DNA of 63,738 nucleotides, filler included, from Circinaria calcarea (Eukaryota): NCBI GenBank assembly GCA_051942165.1. It is 11 parts of 11 records of this genome, joined end to end, with 100 filler letters (N's around TTAATTAATTAA, not from the genome) between each part and the next. Parts side by side here need not be neighbours in the genome. Positions count along the whole stretch, not along the records: positions 52,255 to 57,949 come from JAVECS010001820.1; positions 58,050 to 63,738 come from JAVECS010001821.1; 9 more parts are not named here. One strand, 5' to 3'. Shown piece by piece: positions 52,470 to 63,738 of this stretch (position 1 is its first letter; each line of letters starts with the position of its first letter). The notes under the pieces were generated by a model. It saw only the letters and a program-made list of their open reading frames with translations, ran no database searches and was not told where the DNA came from. The position numbers and the translations under genes were made by a program.

Positions 52470-53850
52470 TTATGCATTATTTAATAATGATTCCGTAAAT
52501 GGTTTTTATGATCGTAGAGAAGCCTACATTGAGGGCAGAGAATCGGCTCTCTATCTGGATGATGGCGAAGGTGATAATTATTAATGTGCCGCTTTTTAGT
52601 ATCAAGCCGGGCAAACTCGTGAATTCGGTCAACCTTCGGTAGTCCTTCGTCGTGAAGACAGAAAATACATTACAAAGGTTTGCATATTAAACGCTCGAGG
52701 TTCGAAGCATCTGACGGCAACGTCAAATATTTTCTGGGCCCACCTCGGCGATTTCGACCCTCGTGCAAACCACTGAGAGCTGCTGCCGCTTCAATCGCTT
52801 CAGCCCGCAGTTGGAATTCTTCTTCGGAGGACGAGGGTGCGAAAACAAGTAAAGAAGCAATTACTTGGACGCGTTCAGAAAGAGAATAATCCTCTACGTT
52901 CCAAGTATTCTTTTTATCCTCTTCTTCAACTGTAACCCCCATAAGCTGCCTCTGAACGTTAATTACTAGCTGCTCCCTATTGAATCTTTCTCTGATATCT
53001 TCGATATAATTTCTCTTCTGCATTTCCTTCTCATTGCGAAGATCTCGATTTAGTTGATCATATTCTTGACGACACTCTCCGTATAATACCTATAATTTCG
53101 GTTCGTTTTTGAAGGTAGCCCAACTGTGAAATTCCATCCGGACCCAATCGTTATATGCCTTTCTAGCATCAAGAAACTTCTTAACTTCCGGATAGTTATT
53201 AATATCCATCTGCTGGGCATTGGTGGTAAGTTTCCAAGGGCGTCGGTTATCGATCGTTCGGCTTAATCCACTGGCGGCTCGCATTAAGTTTGACTGCGGG
53301 TCAAGCCCCCGGTAAGCGGCCTGAAGATCTGACGTAACATATCTTAAGAGATAACTTTTAAGAAAGACGTCCGAGTTATAATATTGAAGGACAAGGTTAC
53401 GTTGAGCATCGCTAATATAGCCTTTAAACGATTAGAATTCGGTTACAGTATAAAAACGGGAAAGCTTTCAAACTTACTACTATTATCAAAAGCCTCACCA
53501 GCTCCTCTTCGACAGCAATAAGGACCGACAGGGACCGCTATGCCCGTGACCTGACCAGCCTTCTTCATTCGCGAAGAGTATTATCCGTTAATCGCTCGCC
53601 GGGCGATATGTCAATTCCATGTATAGTGCGTTCCGAACGACGGAAAATAGGAACGTCTTGTATAGAATTCTTCCATGTCAGTGACAATTCATTCTGGCCA
53701 GGTCGGAGCTTCAGATCGAACAACTGTTTAGCAGAATCAAACTCGTTCGCGAATGCATTGTTGGTAAACGCTAAGCTAAGGAAGGCGGTCTGCGGGCATA
53801 ACAAGAGACAAGGCTCGCGAGGGATCGAGGGAATTGGAATTGTATTTCTA
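52470..53850 (-). pseudogene. DUF3435 tyrosine-recombinase-like gene (Starship captain type) with C-terminal C2H2-like region; 5' half missing, RIP-decayed
   Basis: 'LLLCPQTAFLSLAF..AF', 'VPIFRR', 'GPYCCRRGAGEAFD', 'ISDAQRNLVLQYYNSDVFLKSYL' and 'DLQAAYRGL..Q..LMRAA...SRTID.RRP', with a frameshift and premature stops. Confidence 0.8.
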
Positions 53851-55215
53851 GTTTAGCCGTTAACATTAATATCTACTTACTCACCCATTTCCCACGGGTG
53901 GAGGTAATATCAAGGGAGGACCTATCGAGAGGAGGATGGTGGCGGGCCGGAAGCTAGCAGGCGGTGGTGTTCAATTCGAAGGAACGGGAGCATGACGGAT
54001 GCGGGAGCGGGAGCGGTACCTCAGTATTACCGATCCTCTTTAAGAAGGCGATTGGTCTGGACGCTACCAGAGCAGCGAATGCCGTCGCGGTGATAATAAT
54101 AATAAGCTGCATTTTCAGGCGAAGACCGGGCTGGACGGTTGGTGCGTCGCGGGCATTAAAGAGAGGATGGCGGGAGGGGCGAGCGTTTCATATGCTCGGT
54201 ATAATACAGGATTCCGAGGTGTTTAAGGCCGAAGGGCAAGAACGGGGAGACGGGGAAAAACGTGGAAAGCGCGCGCGAGGCAGGTGTTCGACGGAGAGTG
54301 CATGCAAGACACGGCAGCCCAGACGATGCAATATATAGCATGGGCTGCTGGAGGACTAATAGACCGGCGGCAAGGAATCGGTCGGTAGCGGTACGCACTC
54401 ATCAATATCGCTCGATTCCTGTTCTCAGGCTCGCCAGAGGCTCGGTGGTGATTGACAGGACTGGGAAGGATAGCGAAAATAAGCATGGTCGTAGGCATTT
54501 GCAGATAAAGCCATAGGGATTAATAATTCTAATGCGCAGGGAAGTGACGCTGATGGGTAGTAATTAAGAATCTTTGCTGCTTTATCTTATTTTAATAACC
54601 TTGGTCGTGCGAAGAAGCGCGGTCGAGAGAATGGATTCGAATAACTCGGCAGCTGGCCGGAACTCTGGACCAAGCCTGCGATCGTTAGATAAGATATATT
54701 AGTACTAAGCCATCATATGCCATTAAGAATAATGATTCTGCCTTTCTAATTAATCGTGAACGCCGGTAATGCCATCCATCGCCGCCCTGGCTTCATTTCT
54801 CCCTTCCTTTCCTAGGAAAATCTGGCGAGAGACGATAATTAAAGGCTGGGCATCTTCGTCTCTTCTATCCTTATGAGAATCCTTCTTGTTAGTAAGGGAG
54901 GCTGCTTTGGGAACAACTAGATTTGAAAGGACCAAGACTTCGTCATAAACGCTATCTTATTATGGCTAGAAGTAGCTGGACTAGTTGACATCCCCTTCTC
55001 CAGATGGACGCTTTCCTGCGAAGGGATATACCCGATTCAAAGCTTACTCGCTATAGCCTTCCCTTGCGCTCCTGCCGCTTAAGCCCATCTATCAATAATC
55101 GGTTGGATGTCTGGATCGTAGCCATATCGGGCTCCACGAGTGCTTCAAGCTACTTATGGCTCCACCCTTGCCTCTGAGCTGATGATTGCCGACTTTGCCC
55201 TCCAGATCATGGCTT

Positions 55216-56112
55216 TCAGAAAACGGCAAGTATGGGAAGTACTATAAGACCGAGTCGGGTCAAATAAACAAAGCCCGTCCCCCACCGTCTAAAGGCAGCG
55301 CTTGTGGTTTGTGTTGCCTGCGGTATTGGCGAAGGACTCGTCCCACTCGCCGGTGTTGCGCTGTTTGCTATGGATGAGGTTGTGGAACTGGTGGACGAGG
55401 TTGTGGAAATAGCGGACGATGATGACGATTGTGTGGGGCCGGAGGATATACTGATTGGATTCTCGGTCGAAGAGGAATCGTCAGTCGAAGAGGAATCGTC
55501 AGTCGAAGAAGAATCATCAGTCGAAGAGGAATCGTCAGTCGAAGATGCTGCTGCTGACTCGACACTATTGGGATTAGCGCCGCAAGATTTCGGCAGCGTC
55601 GGTGCATTCATGAGATCCTGCTTATTACCAGAGCAGAAAGCTTCTATCGAATGCTCGTTCGGTTTCGGTGCCGGCGATGACACAGCCAGATATCCCTCCA
55701 AGCAGCAGAGTCCAGCATTTAAGGGGTGATACCGGTTGCAAAGATACTTTGCGAACTTTTCCGAGCCGTGTTCCTCAGCCGCTTTCTGTATATTGCATGC
55801 CAATCGACAGGCGGCGCAAGCTGGGGCACCTAGGGCATTCGTTAATATATCCATCGCCGAAATAGCCCTCTTATCTCCGAGATCGTTTATTGGGGCCGTG
55901 AAGACACGGGCATCACTTTGGCTCGCGCATTGGATGAATGCCGAGATGGAGTATGTAGTGACCATGCAAAGAGAGTAGGCGGCTACGGTACCGCGGTTGG
56001 AGCACGAGCGATTTTTGCTAATGATGCTGCAATCCTGGCCGTTGACGAGTGCTGGCAGGATGTTGAGTGCGAAAAGAATGCCTTCCATGGCTGAGTACTT
56101 CGATTTCGGCAT
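55216..56112 (-). CDS. Secreted Cys-rich, Ser/Thr-rich, probably GPI-anchored cell-surface protein
   Basis: Signal-like N-terminus (…ILPALVNG|QDC), a Cys-rich domain, (STDDSS)x4 and a hydrophobic C-terminus after SAAFRR. Confidence 0.75.
   Translation of the reverse strand: MPKSKYSAMEGILFALNILPALVNGQDCSIISKNRSCSNRGTVAAYSLCMVTTYSISAFIQCASQSDARVFTAPINDLGDKRAISAMDILTNALGAPACAACRLACNIQKAAEEHGSEKFAKYLCNRYHPLNAGLCCLEGYLAVSSPAPKPNEHSIEAFCSGNKQDLMNAPTLPKSCGANPNSVESAAASSTDDSSSTDDSSSTDDSSSTDDSSSTENPISISSGPTQSSSSSAISTTSSTSSTTSSIANSATPASGTSPSPIPQATQTTSAAFRRWGTGFVYLTRLGLIVLPILAVF
55466..55545. repeat. 18-bp coding tandem repeat x4 (STDDSS)
   Basis: (TCGAAGAGGAATCGTCAG)n. Confidence 0.9.
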
Positions 56113-57106
56113 CGTGACGAGAGGAAACGCTTGAGCGGTGGAAGTAATAGGTGGTTGTAATGGAGGCCTACTCGGAAGCCTTTGTCTGGCGTTTCTAGGT
56201 ATCTCGCGGGTACTGAAAAACGGCTTGCCTACTGTAACGAAAAGCTGCAAGATAAAGACCAATGCGTTACTTATCGTGCAATACGAGAGACGAGGCGCAA
56301 GAATATTGTTTTCTCTTTCGGAGATAACTCAAGTCTCATGTCTGGCTTTGCTTTGGGAAGAAAGAAAAAGATAAAATAGTAGAACTTGGCCTCTTTAAAA
56401 ATGGACCTAGAATCGTGCAGGGATTCGATCCTCAGCCGCAGCCACAGCCACTCTTAGTTTGATGAGCCTTCCTGCAGGATGACGCTGGCTCGCCCGGGTG
56501 CGGGTACTAATCACCCCTGTTATACCCCAAGAGCGGCAGCCTCGGGCGAGCGTGGAGGGAGCTGAGGGCAGATCGCCGTCCGATAAACCCGCATCGGTAC
56601 ATAAACCATACCAATATTGGTTATTCGCCGCATATGGATCAAACCACCGTAAAACCCCTCCAATCGAAGCGTTCTGTCTTTTTTAACCGTCTGCGTGTTC
56701 CTTTGCCCCTGCATCATCGTCGGCGGTCTCTCTGCCCCGCTATATCATACGCGCTGGCGGAGTACTCTATATAGCTTTCTCCACCACTAAGGTCGGTAGC
56801 ACGCGCCGGGGGAGGAAGGGCTAGGGGAGTACTCCTTCCAGCCATCTAGTAATGGAAGATACCGCGGGCAGTGCTTGCCAGGATAATAATCCCCTTATAA
56901 TTTTTCGGTATTGTTATGGCACCACGCCATACTAGAAGCTAGGACCTGGAGGGACTAGCGGGACTCGCTACGGAAGTATAGCGTAATCGTTTCCTGATTA
57001 ATCAGGAAGTGAGCATTTAAGCATGGGACTTGGCAGAGTGCTTAACGTGCTCAGGACTGAGCATTGTGAGCATAGGCTTGACGGGCGTATTTAATATGCT
57101 CAGGGC

Positions 57107-57286
57107 ATTATATATAACAAACTATTCCCGCTCTTTAGAATAGCGTGCTTATAGACCGTATTCAATATTACTCTTTAATATTAAGCTTAGGGCAACAATT
57201 CAACTACACCCTATATAAGACGTGCTATTACCAATCGGGACTTATCATATTCCTCAATAGGCCCCAAGGATTGCAGCGCCCTTACA
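57107..57286 (-). mobile_element. Probable solo LTR, copy 2 (same family as 45029-45213)
   Basis: The reverse complement begins TGTAAGGGCGCTGCAATCCTTGGGGCCTATTGAGGAATATGATAAGTCCCGATTGGTAATAGCACG, identical to copy 1. Confidence 0.7.
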
Positions 57287-57349
57287 CAGGGCCACCTCCA
57301 CTTACAAAGGCCTATTCGTTTCAGGGCCTTGCGCGCTCGCGCGCGTTAC

Positions 57350-57949
57350 CAGTAGCATAGCATAAAAAGAGCACGTAGCATAGCATAGCACGCAGCATAG
57401 CATAGCATAAAATAACGCTAAGTATAAAGTAATGCGACGCTAAACCTAATACGCCCGAATAGGTTAGAAAAACTGGGCTCAATAAGGTAAAAAACTAGGC
57501 TCAATCGAGCCAAAAACTAAACCCTTTTAGGCCAATTTTGAGGCCAGAGTGAGAACACCGCAGAATTTTGGTTCGGTTCGGAAAATCTCCCGCCGAAGTT
57601 AAACCCTTTTACTTCGTTTCACTTCGTTTTAGGGTATAGTGAAAAACGGGAAGGTGCAAAATATCTATAATTATATGTGTCAAGTTTACACTAGCATTAT
57701 TTATAGCCTACTCCGTAGATAGCTATAATATAAATAATTTATTCGGGGGGCTTATACGAAGGAACTATTTCTTAATAGAGATCCTTAATATTAATTATTA
57801 TCGGTTATCTGGGCTTTTAGGAATACGGCGTTAATATATATTTTACGGCAGTGCGGCCGACCTAAAAAGAATTCTATTATTAAAGGGCGGCACAGTTAAA
57901 TATTTACTAGCTGGCGGAATCTCATAATTATACCACCCTCTTTATACCG
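57350..57949. repeat. Degenerate transposon-derived, AT-rich region with (GCATA)n and ~23-bp AAAAACTRGGCTCAAT tandem units
   Basis: Short tandem arrays, TpA-rich composition and no ORFs. Confidence 0.5.
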
Positions 57950-58049
57950 NNNNNNNNNNNNNNNNNNNNNNNNNNNNNNNNNNNNNNNNNNNNTTAATTA
58001 ATTAANNNNNNNNNNNNNNNNNNNNNNNNNNNNNNNNNNNNNNNNNNNN

Positions 58050-58592
58050 GGAGAGGGATGGGAAGAATGGGGAGGGTATAGAGGCTAGAGACGGACAAGG
58101 GATATGTTAGTGGCTATGAGGAATGGTATGAGATATGAGATGTAGTGCGTGGTGGGGGATATGGTGATGGGATAGGAAGCGGGATACTTACAGAACCTGC
58201 AGTTCTGCATAAGCGTACTTTCCTGCAATGGAGACCATAACGTCATCTTCAGTTGTGGAGAGAAGAAAAGTAATAGCGACACAATCTCCTCCGGTCAAGC
58301 TCGAAAGACGCTCGATACGTGATATCGTTGAAGGTTTGGACTGTGGCTCTAATGTTGCAGAAGAGAGGAGTAAGAGTCGGAGAGTGCGGCTTTGGATAGG
58401 AGGTTGGGATCCTAAGGGGAAAGCTAGATCGTGGCTTTCGAGTTTCGATTCTACCCGCGTCTCGTTAGAAGGTGAAGGACTTGTAGGAAACGGTCGCTTG
58501 CCTTTTATTTTGATGTTGGTAGAGGTTGCGAGTTGGGTTGCTAGACCTTTCAGGTCCGCTCGTTTGCGTAAATTGGTACAGAACATGGCCAT
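58050..58592 (-). CDS. Hypothetical protein (3' partial; first exon ends near 58192 at a GTAAGT donor)
   Basis: ATG-initiated ORF ending at a canonical donor; the downstream exon lies off the contig. Confidence 0.55.
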
Positions 58593-58873
58593 TTAGATAA
58601 AAGTGTGGATTTGAGATGAGATTCATTGATCTAATAGACTGAGATGGGTTGGAAGCTCTTACTGGGTATCAAATAAGGAAAACGCCATTACGGTAAAATA
58701 TATCTCGCTTACGTATAATACAGTGCGTTGGCGATTTGCGGCCGAACTTCAATACGGCGGTTATGATTCGTACACTGATAAAAAGATCTGTGTAAAGACT
58801 GTTCCTGATCCGTAGCATCTTGATTAGGCAAAGGGAGTATGGTCACATTCCAAACTACGCTCTGCCACTAGTG

Positions 58874-59836
58874 TCATGACTTGCCCGGGCTCGGTGGGAT
58901 AGCTGCTGCTGCTGCTGGTAATGGAATGGGTTGTTTTATGGGCGATGAAGCAGATTGATACTCTGGGCGAGTATCCGACTCCAAGACTGTATCAGGATTT
59001 GGATCTGATTTATTTCGCCGTCCGAACCCCTTTATCCAAGATAGCCAAGTTTGCGGTTCCTCCGTTTCTTCGTCAACATCTAGCGATTCCAATATCTCCT
59101 TTGGCAGTATGTGCTTCTTATCCGTAGTCTTCGCTCCTTTCTCTCGAAGGCGCAGGACTTCCCTCTCCAAGGCTATCAACGCTTGTCTTGTGGCCTTCTT
59201 TTCTGCCTTTAATTCATTCAGCTCATCATTAACATCCTCGCGCCTGGCGGCCTCCTTCCGTTTTGACCAATACCTCTCGAAAATGATAAGACTCAGGCCG
59301 ACACCGAACAGAAAGGTTTCACTGATGAAGTTTGCACCTGAGTCTATTGCTTTGGCTTCCGAAAGTGGCCTGATTCGGGGTTTGGAGGCTGTCGATTTTG
59401 TCTTTTCTGTTGTCTTCTCCATTTCCTTTGTAGCTGATATTTCGTCGGCCTCCGCCTGCGCTTGCGTCTTTACCGTTGGAATTTCTGACTTTTGCTTCTT
59501 TGCTGCAGCTTCTGCGGCTTCCCGAGCAATCTGTTTCTCAATCGCTTCAGGATTCTGTAGTAACCCTATCGTATTAGTTAGTATGGAGCATCTTTGCATG
59601 ATGATGACCTCGATGCTACATACCTAATCGCAGTCGCATGTCTGCTCGATGTAAGGATTGCGCGAGAGATACGCACATCCGACGAAACGTCTCATGTTCT
59701 TTAGCTGACTTCTTAATCCGATTCTATTAAAACCTAATCAGTACGGTTCTGGTGGGGTACGGAAACTGTAGCATACCGCGATTGGCTTCGAGAGGGTTCG
59801 AATGAAGAGGGAGGAGATTTTGAGCGCAATTGACAT
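58874..59836 (-). CDS. OPA3-like mitochondrial protein, two introns
   Basis: Spliced MSIALKISSLFIRTLSKPIANRIKKSAKEHETFRRMCVSLAQSLHR.DMRLRLG...IRPLSEAKAIDSGANFISETFLF, the OPA3 family signature. Confidence 0.9.
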
Positions 59837-60591
59837 GTTTAGATATCATTGGTATAGCCTTTTGGAATCGCATCCATTGAGTCTGCTCGAAAAGGTGATA
59901 GTTGAGTTTAGAGGTCTACCATCACTAAATCACAGTCAGTCCTTCATACTCTTTGCAGGGTGGATTGTAAGCCTAAACGTGTGACAGAAAAGTCGACATA
60001 TCTGAACAAAAGTCCCTTCGTGTCAAGCAGCGGATGCTCGTCACTCAGCCCTGTCAATGCCCTAGTACAACATGTCGGATGTACAGTTGGCCGATGGCGT
60101 AGCGTGAACCTAATCCGAAAGAAGAAAGCAAGTAAACAAACACCAAGAAATCGACCTCGTGATACCTTTGTAGCTTCTTATCATCAGTCTACAAACTCAG
60201 CGCAAGGCATAAACCAACAAGTAACCATGGGCGACACTCATTGATGGCAACAGTGACACAGGATATCCGTATTAGACAAAGTTTCCCCTAGGTAAGTAAG
60301 TAGTACTCCTACTTGGACACCACTCACCTACCTTTGCTATTACTATTGAAATTCATACCACCTGAGCTAACACTATCTGAAGAACAACACATTAAGGACA
60401 TTCGTTAATTTTACACTCGATCTTGTATTCACCACAATGGCACCATTAACGCGATAAAGTAACGCACAATACAAGCTACCGATTAAACGAAGCATTTGAG
60501 TGCAGCTCTCATAACTAGCGGTCATATCCTACTCTTGCCTAGGCTGCCTTAAAACTCCTTCCAAGCCCCATTGCTTCATACGTCAGTCACT

Positions 60592-63500
60592 ATGGAAACT
60601 CCCCTCTCACCTCGATCCTCGAACATCCCGTCGAAGCATCCTACGACTTCCAAGGCAGACTCCAGTAGCAAGAGAGCACTGACAAAGGAGGAGGCCGCTC
60701 AAGCAAAAGCCGCTGCTGATAGAAAAGCCGAAAAAGACAAGAACCATGCGTCACCACCTCCACAGTATGTTGTTCAACCGCCAGGACCGGATGGGGCATT
60801 GGGCGAGAAGTATCTTACGGGAAAGCTACTCGGAAAGGGGGGATTTGCGATCTGCTACGAGGGCAGACTAGTGGGCAAGAAGTATGGCGGAAAGAATCCC
60901 AAATTTGCCTTAAAGATAGTGAAGGCCAGAATGGGTATGAAGAAGATGGAAGAGAAGGTATGTTCTCCTGGTGATGGTCATAACTGGGTCGTCCCCTCAT
61001 ACATTCAAAGTTCCGTACAGAATTACAGATTCATTCGAAGATGCGTCATCCAAATATCGTGGAGTTCTACCGGGCGTTTACCTTTCTAGAGAATACCTAC
61101 GTGGTTCTTGAGCTGTGTCCCAATGGGTCGGTCATGGATATGGTACGGAAGAGACGATGTTTAAGTCTACCTGAAGTTCGACGTTATGCGGTCCAGCTAT
61201 GTGGTGCTATCAAGTATATGCATGCTCGAAATGTCATCCACCGAGACCTAAAGATGGGGAACCTCTTCCTTGATCAAGACATGAACATCAAAATAGGCGA
61301 TTTTGGGTTAGCCGCGATTCTAGTTACCGAGAGCGAGGTCAAGGGGGCAAAAAGGAGAACCACTCTTTGTGGAACACCTAACTATATCGCCCCTGAGATT
61401 CTTGAGAAAAAAGGAAGAGGTCATGATCATAAGGTCGATATTTGGGCTATCGGAATCATTCTGTAAGTCAAACAGGAAGACAGCCTATTTTCGGTCTAAT
61501 GTTTGTAGATTCGCCATGATTACAGGATACCCGCCTTTCGCGTCAACGTCACAAGATGACATCTATCGCAAAGTCAAGAGTCTCGAATATGTTTGGCCGA
61601 CGGAAAAGTGTTTAAACGACATTCCGGAGGAAGCGAAATCTCTTGTTACCTCTCTTCTAAAATCCCAGGCCGAGGATCGTCCGGACCCAGATTACATTGT
61701 GGCGCATCCTTTCTTTTCCATGCACGGCTGTCTTGCTATACCTTTGGCTCTCGAACCTACCACCTGCGTCAAGAAGCCCGAATGGCTTGAAGAGAAATCT
61801 CCTCGGGGAGATGTCATGGCTGTCAGTGCTGAACGTATTTCCATATTTGCGCTGGCCAAAAAATGCGGAGTCGGACATTTTCCTGAAGCTGACCAGGCAT
61901 TTCCAGTGGTTGGAGATGATATCGACAAGTCCATCTGGAAAGAATGCGTTCAGGAAGAAGCTGATGGACGAACTCCAATTGTACCATTACCTGACGATAC
62001 TGTATATAGCTCTCATTCTACCTCATCGACCTTTTTAGAGGAGTCGACACCACAACGTTTGGAACCACTTGAGAACCCCGACAAATCGACGATCTCCATC
62101 CGTTCAGTCAGCGATCCGTCTGTCCGTATCATCCCAAGGGACTCCAGGAGCCATGCAGCGCAACTTCGCTCAGAGGCTGGTTCGAGGATGGCTGTCTCCA
62201 GAACTCGCGTCTCGCGGGATGTTACAGCGTCGAAATCGAACCATCCTCGTCAACACGCTACGGTGGCTAGAGCCAGCAGTCGAGGTAAGTTACTTTCTAC
62301 GCAAGGCTTTCTGGAGGAACTTCCGCTACGGCCGGCATCTGCCCTACCTGAAGTACGTCAAGCCCGTACACTACCCAAGAACTTCTCGAGAATGCCTCAA
62401 TCTGCCACCACGGTCAATGATCTGCATGATTCTTCCTCACGTGAATCTGTTGTCAGTCGGTCCACAGCTTCATCGTCGGCTTCTAGTCAACATACTATCA
62501 CAAAGAGGTCCGTCAGCGATCATTGTTTGGTACCAGATAGAGAACGTGGCGAACGAAATACACGCACACGAAGGGTCGTAGCCAATGTGGAGCAAAAACT
62601 GCTCGAGACAGTAGCAACTAGAAAGGCTGCAAATATCGAAAACGAATCGTCTGAGAGAGGATCATCGAGAGACGGCTATTCGATACCTGATCCACCATGC
62701 ATGTTAATTGATTCGAAAGAGGGCGCTGAGGACTTACAAGACACTAAGCCTGATGATATCTTAAGAAAACTGCGTGCTCTTTCAACAAGACTGTCTAGGG
62801 AAATTGACAATGCCACCAGAGTCACTGAAGGTTCCGATATTATCGATGATAGCAAATCAGATTCCGTATATGCTCGACCTGTCGTTGTAAAATGGGTGGA
62901 CTATACCAATAAATTCGGCATAGGCTACATTCTGGCAAACGGCAGTGTTGGCTGTGTATTCAATGGCAACCAAGAGCGAGCATCAACCTGTATAATGGTT
63001 CCACAAGCGGAAGAGCACCTGAAGAGACGCAAGTCTCCTACGTATGTTGAAAGACATCAAATCGTCCCGAGGAATGGTGAATCAATTGAGTTTCTCGAGA
63101 ACTGTGGTGATCGAGGCATGAAGCGGGTTTCCGCATCACCCAGAACCTACCGAGTCAACATCGGCCTGAATGGCATGCCTGGGAAGCTCGGTTCGGGGGT
63201 CGACCCTTTCGATGCCGAGAAGCGCCGGACTCTGATCCTCTGGGATAAGTTTGCCAAATACATGACCCAAACCCTCGGCAAAAGCGACGACATCATCCCG
63301 GACGCCGAGCCACTCTCCCATCAGCCACGGCCACATCCACCCAGAAACTCCAAAGCCACCAGGATCCCACCTCCCCCATTCGTCCGCTTCTACCAACGCC
63401 TCGGAAACGTTGGCATCTGGGGCTTTGGCGACGGCTCCTTCCAATTCAACTTCCCCGATCACACCAAACTTGTCGTCTCGGCCGACGGCCTCTACGTCGA

Positions 63501-63738
63501 CTTCTACCATCTCTCCGTTTCCGCCACGCAGATCCTCCAAAAAGGCTGCCTGCTCCCCAAATCGGCACTGGATGAACGATCCGTCCTAAGTGGTTCACTT
63601 GCGGTGCTCTTGAGAGGCGGCAAGGACGGAATTTGGAAGGATGTGTTGGTTGCGAATGAGATGGTGCAGAAAGTGCGGTTTTTGCGGGATGTGGTGGGGA
63701 TGTGGGTGGCGGGTGGAGGGTTGGGCTTGGGACAGGGG
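60592..63738 (+). CDS. CDC5: Polo-like kinase (3' partial); introns ~60958-61009 and ~61463-61509
   Basis: LGKGGFAICY, HRDLKMGN, DFG, TLCGTPNYIAPE; polo-box motifs 'VVKWVDYTNKFGIGY' and 'FQFNFPDHTKL' in the long final exon. Confidence 0.93.

Noticed and set aside
5716..58049. Regularly spaced TTAATTAATTAA motif every ~5.8 kb, resembling a repeat array
   Set aside because: It is an artificial six-frame-stop linker inside N runs joining length-sorted contigs. It is not biological, and cross-spacer gene clustering (e.g. the defensin-like peptide next to DUF3328) is meaningless.

Overview
Eukaryotic DNA from a filamentous ascomycete (Pezizomycotina; short GT-AG introns, RIP-like AT-rich repeats). 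The window is not one locus. It is 11 unrelated contigs of about 5.7 kb, sorted by decreasing length and joined by artificial 100-nt N44-TTAATTAATTAA-N44 spacers, so gene neighbourhoods are only meaningful within a contig. Housekeeping genes (many partial): BEM46-like hydrolase, mitochondrial lysyl-tRNA synthetase, STB2/6-like, TOM20, GAD, ERD2-like, MOT1, OPA3-like, polo kinase. Accessory genes: SRPK-like kinase, two HeLo-like/ankyrin proteins, a HET fragment, PTH11-like receptors (one intact, one pseudogene), a DPR-motif dehydrin-like protein, a GPI protein, a decayed DUF3435 (Starship-captain-type) recombinase, solo LTRs and MITE-like elements. The best candidate for a new system is on contig 5. 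A DUF3328/UstYa oxidase with two HxxHC motifs lies directly upstream of an intron-split secreted Kex2-repeat precursor (LDADEAVVYS[A/S]EDVNVWE x2), which makes a compact putative dikaritin RiPP locus; I do not recognise the core. A PTH11-like receptor gene follows it.
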